Source of the DNA: Dehalococcoidia bacterium
GTDB taxonomy: Bacteria > Chloroflexota > Dehalococcoidia > Lucifugimonadales > UBA3495
Reading direction: 5' to 3'
Length of the DNA: 64,000 bases
Assembly: GCA_965220305.1 (NCBI GenBank)
Contig: OZ244817.1
Span: 342,035-406,034, forward strand
Under the pieces are notes generated by a model that worked only from the letters and a program-made list of their open reading frames with translations, searched no databases and was not told where the DNA came from. The position numbers and the translations under genes are program-made. Shown here piece by piece: positions 10,011 through 18,883 of this stretch; the first letter of the stretch is position 1, and every line of letters begins with the position of its first letter.

Positions 10011-10356
10011 ATGAACAAGATAGAAGCTATTTCCGACCGGAGAGACTGAACATCGTCAAGGACGCCCTGGCCGACGCCGGTATGGTGGGTCTCAATATCG
10101 CCCAGGTTACGGGTAGAGGGACACACAGCGCGGTATAGAAGTCGGAGGGCTCCGGGGAGTCGGCACCTACGTGGTCGATATGCTGCCCAAAGTGAAGCTG
10201 GAGCTGGTAGTCACCGACGACGACACCCAGCAGGCAATCGACATAATCATCGACCACTCCCAGACGGGGACTATCGGGGACGGCAAAATATTTGTTTCCC
10301 CGGTAAGCAACGCCATCCGCATCCGCACTCGGGAAGAGGGCGACCAAGCCCTTTAG
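10011..10356 (+). pseudogene. P-II nitrogen-regulatory-family gene (glnB/glnK-like) broken by two frameshifts
   Basis: Three frames together read MNKIEAI / RPERLNIVKDALADAGMVGLNIAQVTGRGT / QRGIEVGGLRGVGTYVVDMLPKVKLELVV...GDGKIFVSPVSNAIRIRTREEGDQAL. The breaks are at ~10032 and at 10124-10125, inside ACACACA. A GAGGGGAGG SD lies before the ATG at 10011. Confidence 0.75.
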
Positions 10357-10510
10357 AGCCAACATGTTGGGCGCTCCTTGATTTTCCACAAGTAGGGGCT
10401 GGACTTGCCCGGTATGGACCATGATCTCGCTTCCGTCCCCGCTGGACAGTTAGAGCCGTCCATGTCATCTTGGAAATCGCCCCGCCAAAAATATCTGCCT
10501 CGAGAGATGT

Positions 10511-10990
10511 ATGAGCGAGCAAAAGTATTGGCTGTTCAAGTCAGAGCCCTCCAACTACTCCTTCAGCGATCTGGTGAACGAGGACGACCAAGTCGCCGAG
10601 TGGGACGGAGTACGCAACTACCAGGCCCGCAACTTCATGCGGGACGAGATGAAGGTCGGCGATGGCGTCCTCTTCTACCACAGCAACGCCAAACCAACGG
10701 CGGTCGTGGGAATTGCGCGAATAGCCAGCGAGGCCTACCCCGACCACACATCTTGGGACCCCAACTCCCGTTACTACGATCCCAAAAGCTCTCCCGACAA
10801 CCCAAGGTGGTTGATGGTGGACATACGGGCGGAAAGGGAATTGCCCCGCGCCGTAACCCTGCAGGAAATTAAGCAGGACGCCAAGCTGGAAGACATGCTG
10901 CTGGTTCGCCGGGGAATGCGCCTCTCCATACAGCCGGTAACCAAGGAAGAGTGGGACGAGATAATTGCCCTGGCGGAACAGGCGGAATAG
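10511..10990 (+). CDS. EVE (PUA-like) domain protein
   Basis: KYWLFKSEP..YSF..L......WDGVRNYQARNFMRDEMKVGDGVLFYHSN is the canonical EVE/DUF55 N-terminus. Confidence 0.8.
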   Translation: MSEQKYWLFKSEPSNYSFSDLVNEDDQVAEWDGVRNYQARNFMRDEMKVGDGVLFYHSNAKPTAVVGIARIASEAYPDHTSWDPNSRYYDPKSSPDNPRWLMVDIRAERELPRAVTLQEIKQDAKLEDMLLVRRGMRLSIQPVTKEEWDEIIALAEQAE

Positions 10991-11350
10991 CAGCACCGCC
11001 TTCGGAGAAGGGTGGCGCTTACTGGTCAGGGGGTTCCCAGGGCAGGCACGGGGCCGACTTCAGGTAGTCATCTGGAAGGTGCTGCGGGGGTTCAGCCCAG
11101 GTCGGGGGAAGGTAGTCTTCCGGATCATCCCCAGGGACATCGGGCTATCCTGCGCTTGACCAGAAATTTCAACTACCCGGGATAGGTCCGGTCCGGCCAT
11201 AACTTTGCGGCCCCAACCCCGGCCCATTTACATAAGCAAGTCCAGCGCCAGCACCCCACCACCCCCTGTACAGGCTATAGCCAACAAAGCCCCCACCGTG
11301 TATGCTCTTGCGGTGGCCCACTCCCGTGGGACTGAAGCAGGAGGGCTCCA

Positions 11351-11875
11351 GTGATTCGCAGCATCGACGGCAAGACGCCCAAAATTCATCCTTCCGTGTT
11401 CGTCAGCGAGACCGCCTACATCGTGGGTGACGTCACCATTGGCGAGAATAGCAGCATCTGGCCCGGGGCAGTGATTAGGGGGGACTACGGCCAAATCATC
11501 ATTGGCAAGAATTGCTCAATCCAGGACAATTGCGTACTCCATACCGACGATTATCTGGAATTGGGTGACAACGTCCTGATGACCCACGGCGCTGTAATTC
11601 ACGGGGGAACGGTGGGCAACAACGTGCTTATCGGCGTTAACGCCACCTTGCTGGAAGACTCTCACGTAGGTAGCTACTGCCTCATTGGGGCCGCCGCCCT
11701 GGTGGTCGGCGGAACCCACATTCCAGACCATTCCCTGGTGGTGGGGGTGCCGGGTAGGGTGAGGGAGTTGACCCCGGAGCACCGGGAGCGGTTGAAGGAT
11801 CCAACAGCCAACTACGTCCGCAACGCCAAGCGTTTTATCAACGCCGGGCTGGGCCAGCAAATACCCGGCAGCTAG
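11351..11875 (+). CDS. Gamma-carbonic-anhydrase-like / hexapeptide-repeat (LbH) protein
   Basis: GTG start. P.IHPSVFVSETAYIVGDVTIGENSSIWPGAVIRGD...IGKNCSIQDNCVLH matches YrdA/PaaY-like left-handed beta-helix proteins. Confidence 0.8.
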   Translation: MIRSIDGKTPKIHPSVFVSETAYIVGDVTIGENSSIWPGAVIRGDYGQIIIGKNCSIQDNCVLHTDDYLELGDNVLMTHGAVIHGGTVGNNVLIGVNATLLEDSHVGSYCLIGAAALVVGGTHIPDHSLVVGVPGRVRELTPEHRERLKDPTANYVRNAKRFINAGLGQQIPGS

Positions 11876-12261
11876 TCCAAGATAGCGATGGCTTCGATTT
11901 CAACGTCGAGTCCCGGTTCGGCCAGACCGGTTATCTCGATTAGGGAATTGGCTGGGTATTCCCCCTGGAAGTAGCTCTCGAAGATTTCCTGCTGTTCCGC
12001 CGCATTGTCCCGCCATTGGGGTATGCTGGTGACGAAGGTAGTAATCTTAACGATGTCGCCGGGCGTTCCCCCTTCGGCAGCCACGATACGGGTAATCCGG
12101 TCCAGGGTAACCCGCAACTGGTCCATCAGGGGCTTGCCCTGGGCCTCGGTGCCCCGGGCAGTGCAGCCGGCGATATACAGTTGGTTCCCGCTTCGGACCG
12201 TCCTGCTGTAGGTGGGTCCAGAAGGGGCGATGTCAGGGTGGTTGCTACGAATCTTTGCCAT
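11872..12261 (-). CDS. RidA/YjgF-family reactive-intermediate deaminase
   Basis: Start at MAKIRSNH follows GGGGGAGA, 14 nt after the dnaE stop. YSRTVRSGNQLYIAGC...IVKITTFV...PANSLIEI..L.....VEIEAIA is the RidA pattern. Confidence 0.85.
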   Translation of the reverse strand: MAKIRSNHPDIAPSGPTYSRTVRSGNQLYIAGCTARGTEAQGKPLMDQLRVTLDRITRIVAAEGGTPGDIVKITTFVTSIPQWRDNAAEQQEIFESYFQGEYPANSLIEITGLAEPGLDVEIEAIAILD

Positions 12262-12274
12262 TTCTCCCCCTAAG

Positions 12275-15200
12275 CTAGTGGACCGCCTCCCCATTCTCCA
12301 CACCGCCGTTGCCGCCTATATGCACCGCATTCGGCCCCAACAACTGCTCCAATCGGCCCTGTAGCGGTTCGCAAAAACTGATGCTTACCACCGGCAAGTC
12401 CATCAGGACTCTCCGGTCTTCCATGTGAATCTCCAAGTTGACCCGGTCATCACCCGGGTATTCCAGCAGCAGCCGGACCACTTCCCGAAGCAGATGGGCG
12501 TCTTCCACCGGGTCGGTGGACTCGTGGATTCCCAGGGAAACGGTGCGGTTCTTCCCGTTGCTCCCGTTCACCGGCGCAGACGGAGGCACGACGGCCTGTT
12601 TCATCTTCTTGGGCGGTGGAATTTCCGAAGTTGGCTGCATAGATATGGGGGGACTCTCCTTCTCAATTGGAGTGGGGACGACTTGGCTCTCGAACACTTC
12701 AACCTGCTCGCAGGAGAGGGAGTACCTGTCGCCGCGTATTCGCAGCTTCCCGCCGGTCTTGACCAGCTCGCCCTCTTGCCAGAGATGCTGGGTCCGCTCC
12801 AAGACATCAGGCCAGACCACGACTTCTACCGGGCCACCCAGCAGGTCCAAATTTACGATAAGGAACTTTTTCTGTTCCCGAGTGTAGCGCTCGGTCAGCG
12901 AAGAGACGTGGCCGACTAGGGAGAGGTTGAGCCCCTGCATGTCGTCGTCCAACTGGTCCAACGAATTGACGGCGTCGCCCACGTCCAGAAAGGCCAGGTC
13001 GAACAGGGGGTTGTGGGACAAGGGCACCCCCAACAATTCCCGTTCCCACACCGCCTTTTCCGCCAAAGAAACATCGGCGGCGGAAAGGTCGATGCCCACC
13101 ATCTGCGCGCCCTCAGGCGCTGTGGCAAAGGCATCGAACATGCTGGTCTGCCCGGAACTGCGGGTACGGGTCTCCAACTGGGCGGTGGCGAGAATGCGGT
13201 CAAGCGCGGCGTAAATTGCTCCTCTATCTCCCAGGCAATCAAAAGCGCCAGCTTTTACCAGGCTCTCCATGGTACGCCGGTTAAGGCTGCTGACGTCGGC
13301 GCGGTGGCAGAAGTCGTCGATGGACTCGTAGGGCCCGCCCTCCTTACGCTCTTGGACTATGGGTCTCACAGCCCCCTCACCTACCGTCTTGACGGCGGCC
13401 AGGCCAAACCGGAGGCCGGTGGTCGGACCACTGTCCTTGTCGATGGTGAAGTACTCGCCGGAGCGGTTAACATCGGGCAGAAGCACTGGAATGCCCATCT
13501 TGGAGCATTCATTGATAGAGCTTATCACTTTGTCGGGGTGGTCCAGCCGAGAGTTCAGCACCGACGCCATGTACTCCAACGGATAGTGGGCCTTGAAAAA
13601 GGCCGTCCAGTAAGAAATCAGGGCGTAGCTTACACTATGGGCCTTATTGAAAGCGTACCCGGCGAAGGGCTCAATCAGGTCGAAGACCAGAATAGCAAGG
13701 CTCCTATCGAAGCCCTTGGACTGGGCGCCATCAATAAACCGGTCCCGCTCCTCGGCCATCAACGAGGCTATCTTCTTGCCCATAGCCTTTCGCACCGTAT
13801 CGGCCTCACCCAGGGTGTATCCGGCAAAGTTCTGCAGAATAAGCAACACTTGGTCCTGGTAGACGATAACGCCGTAGGTCTCGTCCAAGAGTTCCTTAAG
13901 GCTGGGATGGGGATAGGATATGGGGGCCCTGCCGTGCTTGGCGTCGATGAAGGCGTCGATATGCTCCATCGGCCCCGGGCGGTACAGGGCAATCATGGCC
14001 GCGATGTCCCCCAGCGTGGAGGGCTTCAACTCCTTGATGTAACGCTGCATCCCAGCGCTCTCTAGCTGGAACAGGTCGGTGGTCTTGCCTGAGGAGAGCA
14101 ACTCGAAGGTCTCCAGATCATCCAGAGGCAGCCGGCCAACGTCGATGTTGATGCCCCTTGTCTCATCCAAAAGCTTGACTGCCCGGTCCAGAATTGTCAG
14201 GTTCGTCAACCCCAGGAAGTCCATTTTCAGCAGGCCGAGCTTGGCTACCGGGTCCATTGAGTATTGGGTCATCAGAACAGGACTGTTGACGTCGCCCCGG
14301 GCGGGACGCTGCAGGGGCACCGTTTCGGTCAAGGGTTCGTCGGCTATCAGCACTCCGGCGGCATGGGTGCTCACGTGGTGGACTATACCCTCCAATCCCT
14401 GGGCGTGGTCCACCAGGTTACGGATGGCCGGTTCGCCCTCGTAGGCCTGCTGAAGCTCGGGATTGGCCTTTAGCGCGTCGTCCAAGGTACGGGACTTGAA
14501 GGGCACCATTCGGGCAATTCGGTCCACGTCGCCGTAGCTCATGCCCATGCCACGGCCCACGTCCCGTAGGGCAGCCTTGGCTCCCATGGTGCCGAAGGTG
14601 ATAATCTGGGCCACGCGGTCGCTGCCGTAGCGGTCTACTACATAGTGCAGGACCTCATCCCGGCGGTCATCCTGGAAGTCCATGTCAATGTCGGGCATTT
14701 CCTTGCGCTCAAGGTTCAGGAAACGCTCGAAAACGAGGCGGTACTCCAAGGGGTCAACATCGGTAATGCCCAAGCAGTAGAGGGCCACGCTGGCGGCGGC
14801 GCTGCCCCGTACACCGAACATAATGTGGTTGCGCCGGGTGAAGTCCACTATATCCCAGACGACGAGGAAATAGTTGGCAAACTGGGTGGCCTTGATGACT
14901 TCCAACTCGTACCGAAGGCGCTGGGTCTGCTCTGGGGTAGGTCTGGGGTAACGCGCCTGGAAACCCTCCCAACACAGTTGGGTCAAATACTCGTCGGCAT
15001 CCATGCCGCCAGGGGTTGGGAACTTGGGCAGGTGGGTCTGGCCGAAGCCCAACTCCACGTCGCACATCTCCGCGATGAGTTGGGTATTCTTTAGCGCCTG
15101 GGGATAGTCGGGGAAGAGGCTATACATCTCCTCCGGCGTCTTGATGTAGTAGGAATTGTCCTCCATGCGGAGGCGGTTGGCGTCTTGGACCGTGGTGTTG

Positions 15201-15868
15201 GTCTGGATGCAGATGTACACATCCTGCCAGGGAGCGTCGGCCTGCCGGACGTAGTGGGCATCGTTGGTGACCACCAGGGGAATGTCCAGGTTTTCACTAA
15301 TGCTGGTCAATCCCTGGTTGATTTCGGAAATTTGGGCCAGGTGCTCGTGCCGCTGCAACTCCAGGAAGTAGCCGTCGCCGAACAACTCCCGGTACCATCG
15401 GGCGCTCTTCTCGGCCTGGGCCAAGTTGCCATCGGTAATCAGCCGGGGCACCTCCGCGGAGGCGCACCCGGAAAGGCAGACCAAGCCCTGGTGGTACTGT
15501 TCCAAGAGTTCCTTATCGATGCGGGGACGGTAGTGGAACCCCTCCACGTGGGCCAGGGTCACCAACTGCATCAAGTTGCGGTAGCCCTGGTTGTCCCGGG
15601 CCAACAGGACCAAGTGGTGCGGGCTGCGCTCGTTGCCGCTCTTTTCCAAGCGGCTGTTGTGGGCTACGTAGACTTCGCAGCCGATGATGGGCTTGATTCC
15701 CGCTTCCTTGCATTCCGAGTAGAAGTCCACCGCCCCGTACAAGGAGCCGTGGTCGGTAATAGCCAATTCCTTCATTCCCAGTCTCTTGGTCTGGTCTACC
15801 AGGTCGGGAATACGGCTAATACCGTCCAACATGCTGTATTCAGTGTGGACATGGAGGTGGGTGAACAC
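12275..15868 (-). CDS. dnaE: DNA polymerase III alpha subunit
   Basis: 1197 aa. It has the PHP-domain N-terminus MFTHLHVHTEYSMLDG and conserved polymerase core motifs (..MPDIDMDF..). All antisense ORFs inside are spurious. Confidence 0.95.
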   Translation of the reverse strand: MFTHLHVHTEYSMLDGISRIPDLVDQTKRLGMKELAITDHGSLYGAVDFYSECKEAGIKPIIGCEVYVAHNSRLEKSGNERSPHHLVLLARDNQGYRNLMQLVTLAHVEGFHYRPRIDKELLEQYHQGLVCLSGCASAEVPRLITDGNLAQAEKSARWYRELFGDGYFLELQRHEHLAQISEINQGLTSISENLDIPLVVTNDAHYVRQADAPWQDVYICIQTNTTVQDANRLRMEDNSYYIKTPEEMYSLFPDYPQALKNTQLIAEMCDVELGFGQTHLPKFPTPGGMDADEYLTQLCWEGFQARYPRPTPEQTQRLRYELEVIKATQFANYFLVVWDIVDFTRRNHIMFGVRGSAAASVALYCLGITDVDPLEYRLVFERFLNLERKEMPDIDMDFQDDRRDEVLHYVVDRYGSDRVAQIITFGTMGAKAALRDVGRGMGMSYGDVDRIARMVPFKSRTLDDALKANPELQQAYEGEPAIRNLVDHAQGLEGIVHHVSTHAAGVLIADEPLTETVPLQRPARGDVNSPVLMTQYSMDPVAKLGLLKMDFLGLTNLTILDRAVKLLDETRGINIDVGRLPLDDLETFELLSSGKTTDLFQLESAGMQRYIKELKPSTLGDIAAMIALYRPGPMEHIDAFIDAKHGRAPISYPHPSLKELLDETYGVIVYQDQVLLILQNFAGYTLGEADTVRKAMGKKIASLMAEERDRFIDGAQSKGFDRSLAILVFDLIEPFAGYAFNKAHSVSYALISYWTAFFKAHYPLEYMASVLNSRLDHPDKVISSINECSKMGIPVLLPDVNRSGEYFTIDKDSGPTTGLRFGLAAVKTVGEGAVRPIVQERKEGGPYESIDDFCHRADVSSLNRRTMESLVKAGAFDCLGDRGAIYAALDRILATAQLETRTRSSGQTSMFDAFATAPEGAQMVGIDLSAADVSLAEKAVWERELLGVPLSHNPLFDLAFLDVGDAVNSLDQLDDDMQGLNLSLVGHVSSLTERYTREQKKFLIVNLDLLGGPVEVVVWPDVLERTQHLWQEGELVKTGGKLRIRGDRYSLSCEQVEVFESQVVPTPIEKESPPISMQPTSEIPPPKKMKQAVVPPSAPVNGSNGKNRTVSLGIHESTDPVEDAHLLREVVRLLLEYPGDDRVNLEIHMEDRRVLMDLPVVSISFCEPLQGRLEQLLGPNAVHIGGNGGVENGEAVH

Positions 15869-16402
15869 TACTTACTCGGCCTCCCGGCACCCAAGGGCCC
15901 TGACGTGAACGTAAAAGATATTATACCTTCCCGGTAGGGACAATGGGCATTGGCGCAGCCAACTAAATTAGCCCAAAGAGCATCGCCGGGTTCTTCCGGC
16001 CATGAGGGATGCATAGGTTAGACACCGGGCAATTCGTATCTGGAAAACAGGATGAGGACGGTAACCCAGGGGGCGATGAAGGGAGCAGCGAGAGGAAATT
16101 TGAAACCTTTAATGTGGCCGCGTTGCCGGGAAGAAGTAGGTGCAAAGCGGTGGGTGTCCCGGCAGTTGCCTATCTAACAGCAAGGTAAGGAGGCCGGGGT
16201 CTGGGAAGAAAATGACGGGGAACCAGCAATTCGTACAGGACCAATTGGCCGGGGACCAGCGAGTTAGCCAGACTGGGAGCCCGGCAGAGCCGTTGGCGAC
16301 AAAGAAAGCACTACGCTACACCCCGCCGGGCCAGCACCGGGGTAGAATTAAACAAACAAAAGCTACAGTTGGCCAAGGTAGCCGGCCCGGCAGAATACAA
16401 AG

Positions 16403-16672
16403 CTATTCCTCGTAGGGCTCATCATCAAGCTGGGAAGTTGATGCCCCGACGGAGGCGGGAGATAGGACCTGGTCCGCCGACTTCTCATCCCCCCAACTGG
16501 AGGCCTCGACGTAGTTCTTGAACTCCCGGACCTCCCCGCAGTTGCGGCATTCGCCCAGGCTCGCCGGACCCGTCGCTGGTTGGATAACCCAGTGGTGGCA
16601 GCAAGCCGACAGCGGCTGCCCTTCAGTGGGTGTTATTGGGGAAAACTGTTGGATCATTGTATACACCTCCAT
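16403..16672 (-). CDS. Small Cys-rich putative zinc-ribbon protein (89 aa) with acidic tail
   Basis: CCHHW...GECRNCGEVREF motif (CC/HH plus CxxC). An AT-rich promoter-like region lies upstream (16675-16760). Family not recognised. Confidence 0.5.
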   Translation of the reverse strand: MEVYTMIQQFSPITPTEGQPLSACCHHWVIQPATGPASLGECRNCGEVREFKNYVEASSWGDEKSADQVLSPASVGASTSQLDDEPYEE

Positions 16673-16927
16673 AATAAAGAATATTACTAAAGGTAAGGCA
16701 AGAATATTATATCAAGATAGATGTCTGTCTTGTAAAGACCTTTTTACCAGATTCTCAATGGATAATCGTGGTGCGGTGTTCTGGAGCCGCGACCCCCGGG
16801 GAAATGAACCCGCCCGCTTGGGCCGGCCAGGGCGAGAGCCCTTGCCGTTGGGGGAAAAAGGCTACAACTGACAGCCTACATATTGCAACGCTGGCGGCGT
16901 CCCGTTTACGGCCAAACTGCGACGCTT

Positions 16928-16970
16928 GAAGACAAAAAGAAAGACCCGGCGGTTCCAGACCGACGGGTCT
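16928..16970 (-). terminator. Rho-independent terminator after the 17018..18088 gene
   Basis: Minus strand reads AGACCCG-U-CGGU-CUGGA-ACCG-C-CGGGUCU, an 11-bp stem with one mismatch. It is followed by UUCUUUUUGUCUU. Confidence 0.6.
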
Positions 16971-17017
16971 AACGTCGATAGCTGAGTTAATGCAGTCGAT
17001 CCGCCGGGGCAATTTGC

Positions 17018-18088
17018 CTAGTTGGGCGCTTGAATTTCCTCGCTGACCACCCGAGTGACGCTCCAGCCCGCCAGCCAGGCGGAGTGACGACCATCACCTC
17101 CAGCTACCACCACTACAATGTCGCTGGCAGCCGCCGCGATTGGCACCAACGTATCCGGGTTGGTCTCGTCCACCCAACGAGGCCAGTTGCGATTGCCGTA
17201 GTGGGCAATACCCTTTAGCCGGTGCATCGGCATTCTGGCGTTTTGGAAGACATACTCCCTTACATCAGCCTTGGTGTAGCCAGCCTCGGCTATTTCGGCG
17301 GCGTGCTCGGGACAGAGCACCAGGGTCATCTGCACGCCGGTGCCCAACTGATAGTAGTTGGCGAAACCCACTGTCTTGACCGACTCCACCAAGGTCTGCA
17401 GCACCTGGGTGCCGGTGGGAACGGTACTTTCCATGATTACGTACATACCGCGGATGGCCGAGATGGTCACCATGCTGGCGTTGGGATCAAGACCCAACTC
17501 CACGTGGCGCGGTTCCCAGGGACTGCGCTCTTCGTTTTCCGCGAAGCAGAACGTGTATCTGCTGGGAAGGGCCAGAGTCGCCTTATCCATGTCTCCGGGG
17601 ATGAGCCCCGCCAGGTTGCGGATGACCAGCCGCAGCGCGCGCCCGATGGTGGCATTGGCCCGATACCCCGGACCGAAGCAACCAGAATCTCCATTGATGC
17701 CCAACTCCCTGGCAATGGGGCCGTTAACGATGACCGCCGGGGCCGCCCCGCCGGTCGTTGCCTGGCAACCGGCCACGTTGAACTCGGGCCGCAGAATGGC
17801 TTTGACCGCCGCCACCACCACTGGGAAATACTCCGGTCGGCACCCGGCCATTACGGCGTTCACCGCCACTTTTTCCAGCGTGACCTGGGCATTGCGGGGC
17901 TGAATGACGCCCAGGGACTGGACCGGGTCCTCGCCGTAGGCTCCCAGCATATCCCGGACCAACGACTCGGTGGCTGGCACCACTGGGAGCCCGTCGGTCC
18001 AGCCCTGTTCTTCATAGTAATTCTGGATGGCCTGGTATGAATCAGCCACGTCGATGCGGCGAGACTGCAACGTCAATGGGTTCACCAT
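17018..18088 (-). CDS. Conserved-looking hypothetical protein (356 aa), co-oriented partner of the UGSC selenoprotein gene
   Basis: Long clean ORF with ATG start, 70 nt downstream of the selenoprotein stop. Cys-containing motifs are NAVMAGCRPEYFP, FNVAGCQATTGGAAP and GDSGCFGPGYRAN. No family name recalled. Confidence 0.7.
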   Translation of the reverse strand: MVNPLTLQSRRIDVADSYQAIQNYYEEQGWTDGLPVVPATESLVRDMLGAYGEDPVQSLGVIQPRNAQVTLEKVAVNAVMAGCRPEYFPVVVAAVKAILRPEFNVAGCQATTGGAAPAVIVNGPIARELGINGDSGCFGPGYRANATIGRALRLVIRNLAGLIPGDMDKATLALPSRYTFCFAENEERSPWEPRHVELGLDPNASMVTISAIRGMYVIMESTVPTGTQVLQTLVESVKTVGFANYYQLGTGVQMTLVLCPEHAAEIAEAGYTKADVREYVFQNARMPMHRLKGIAHYGNRNWPRWVDETNPDTLVPIAAAASDIVVVVAGGDGRHSAWLAGWSVTRVVSEEIQAPN

Positions 18089-18157
18089 TACTTTCCTCTG
18101 CGCGGTATGGGAAGACGGGCCTAATTTCTGGGGGCGCCGGGTCGATGCCTTCCCTGC

Positions 18158-18763
18158 TTACCCGTTGGTCAGGAGTCCCACGATCTCCGGGGCGTAATCA
18201 TGGGCCATTTGCTGGACCTCAGCGACGCTTCGGGGCGTCAAGGGGCTGGGCAGGACTACAATGCGCACTCCGGGCATTCCCAGGGATGCGGCCCTGGCAT
18301 GAGCGGCCCTGGTGAAGGAGCTGGTAATTACGCTAACTGAAGGTGCGCCCTTGGTTTCGGTGATTACTGTGTCGTGGAGACCCCACGCCGTGCAGGAGCC
18401 TCAATCAGCAATTCCGTGAATGACTACGTCGCATTCCTGGACCAGCATGTCCAGAGTTTCCTCCGAGCATGGGGCGCTGAAGGTGAACTTGTTGGCGTAG
18501 ATGACCTTCTTGGCCTGGTAGTCGGTTTCCAGCACCCGCTGCAACTCCTGCATGAATGAGTCGGCATGGTGTTTACGGTTTTCCAGCAGCCCTACCACCT
18601 TGCCTTCCAGGGAGCCGACGGCGCCACTGATACCGATCTCTTCCGGAACGTCCTCGGGGCAGGGATCGAGAATTTGAATGGTCCGCAGTTGGGTCGACAC
18701 TATTCGTTGGCCTCCTTGAGACGACGGGTTTGACATCCCATAACTTAATGGAAGGAAGGGCAA
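18158..18763 (-). CDS. UGSC-family selenoprotein (in-frame TGA = Sec at 18401..18403); N-terminal start uncertain (TTG 18763 or ATG 18736)
   Basis: ORF 18401..18763 ends ..VVIHGIAD-TGA. The same frame continues for 80 more codons (GSCTAWGLHDTVITETKGAPSVSVITSSF...PEIVGLLTNG) to TAA at 18158-18160. The junction reads D-U-G-S-C. Confidence 0.75.
18367..18395 (-). other. Candidate bacterial SECIS hairpin downstream of the UGA
   Basis: mRNA reads CUG-CACGG-CGUGG-GGUCU-CCACG-ACA-CAG. There is a 5-bp apical stem with a GGUCU loop starting 13 nt after the UGA, plus a 3-bp lower stem. It was folded by eye only. Confidence 0.3.
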
Positions 18764-18883
18764 AAGTCCAGCGCCCTGGGTCGGCGAGACCAGCCCGGTG
18801 GTCTCCCAAAAGCTGGGGCCCCTCCATTAGAGAGGGGCCCTGAAGGTCATAGATAGAGGAGCGGGAAGAATTAGCGGGAAAGG

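Noticed and set aside
12425-15937. Numerous 60-350-aa ORFs on both strands inside dnaE (for example 13013..14065 plus and 15185..15937 plus).
   Set aside because: They are antisense or out-of-frame shadows of a highly conserved 1197-aa gene, typical of GC-rich DNA. Their compositions are Gly/Arg/Pro/Val-biased and they carry no motifs. The same reasoning applies to shadow ORFs inside guaA, purB, pgk, the mutase genes and others.
18037-18315. The 92-aa plus-strand ORF covering the gap between 17018..18088 and 18401..18763.
   Set aside because: It is antisense to the post-UGA continuation of the UGSC selenoprotein frame. It has Arg/Gly/Ser/Pro-rich composition and overlaps the start of the 17018..18088 gene.
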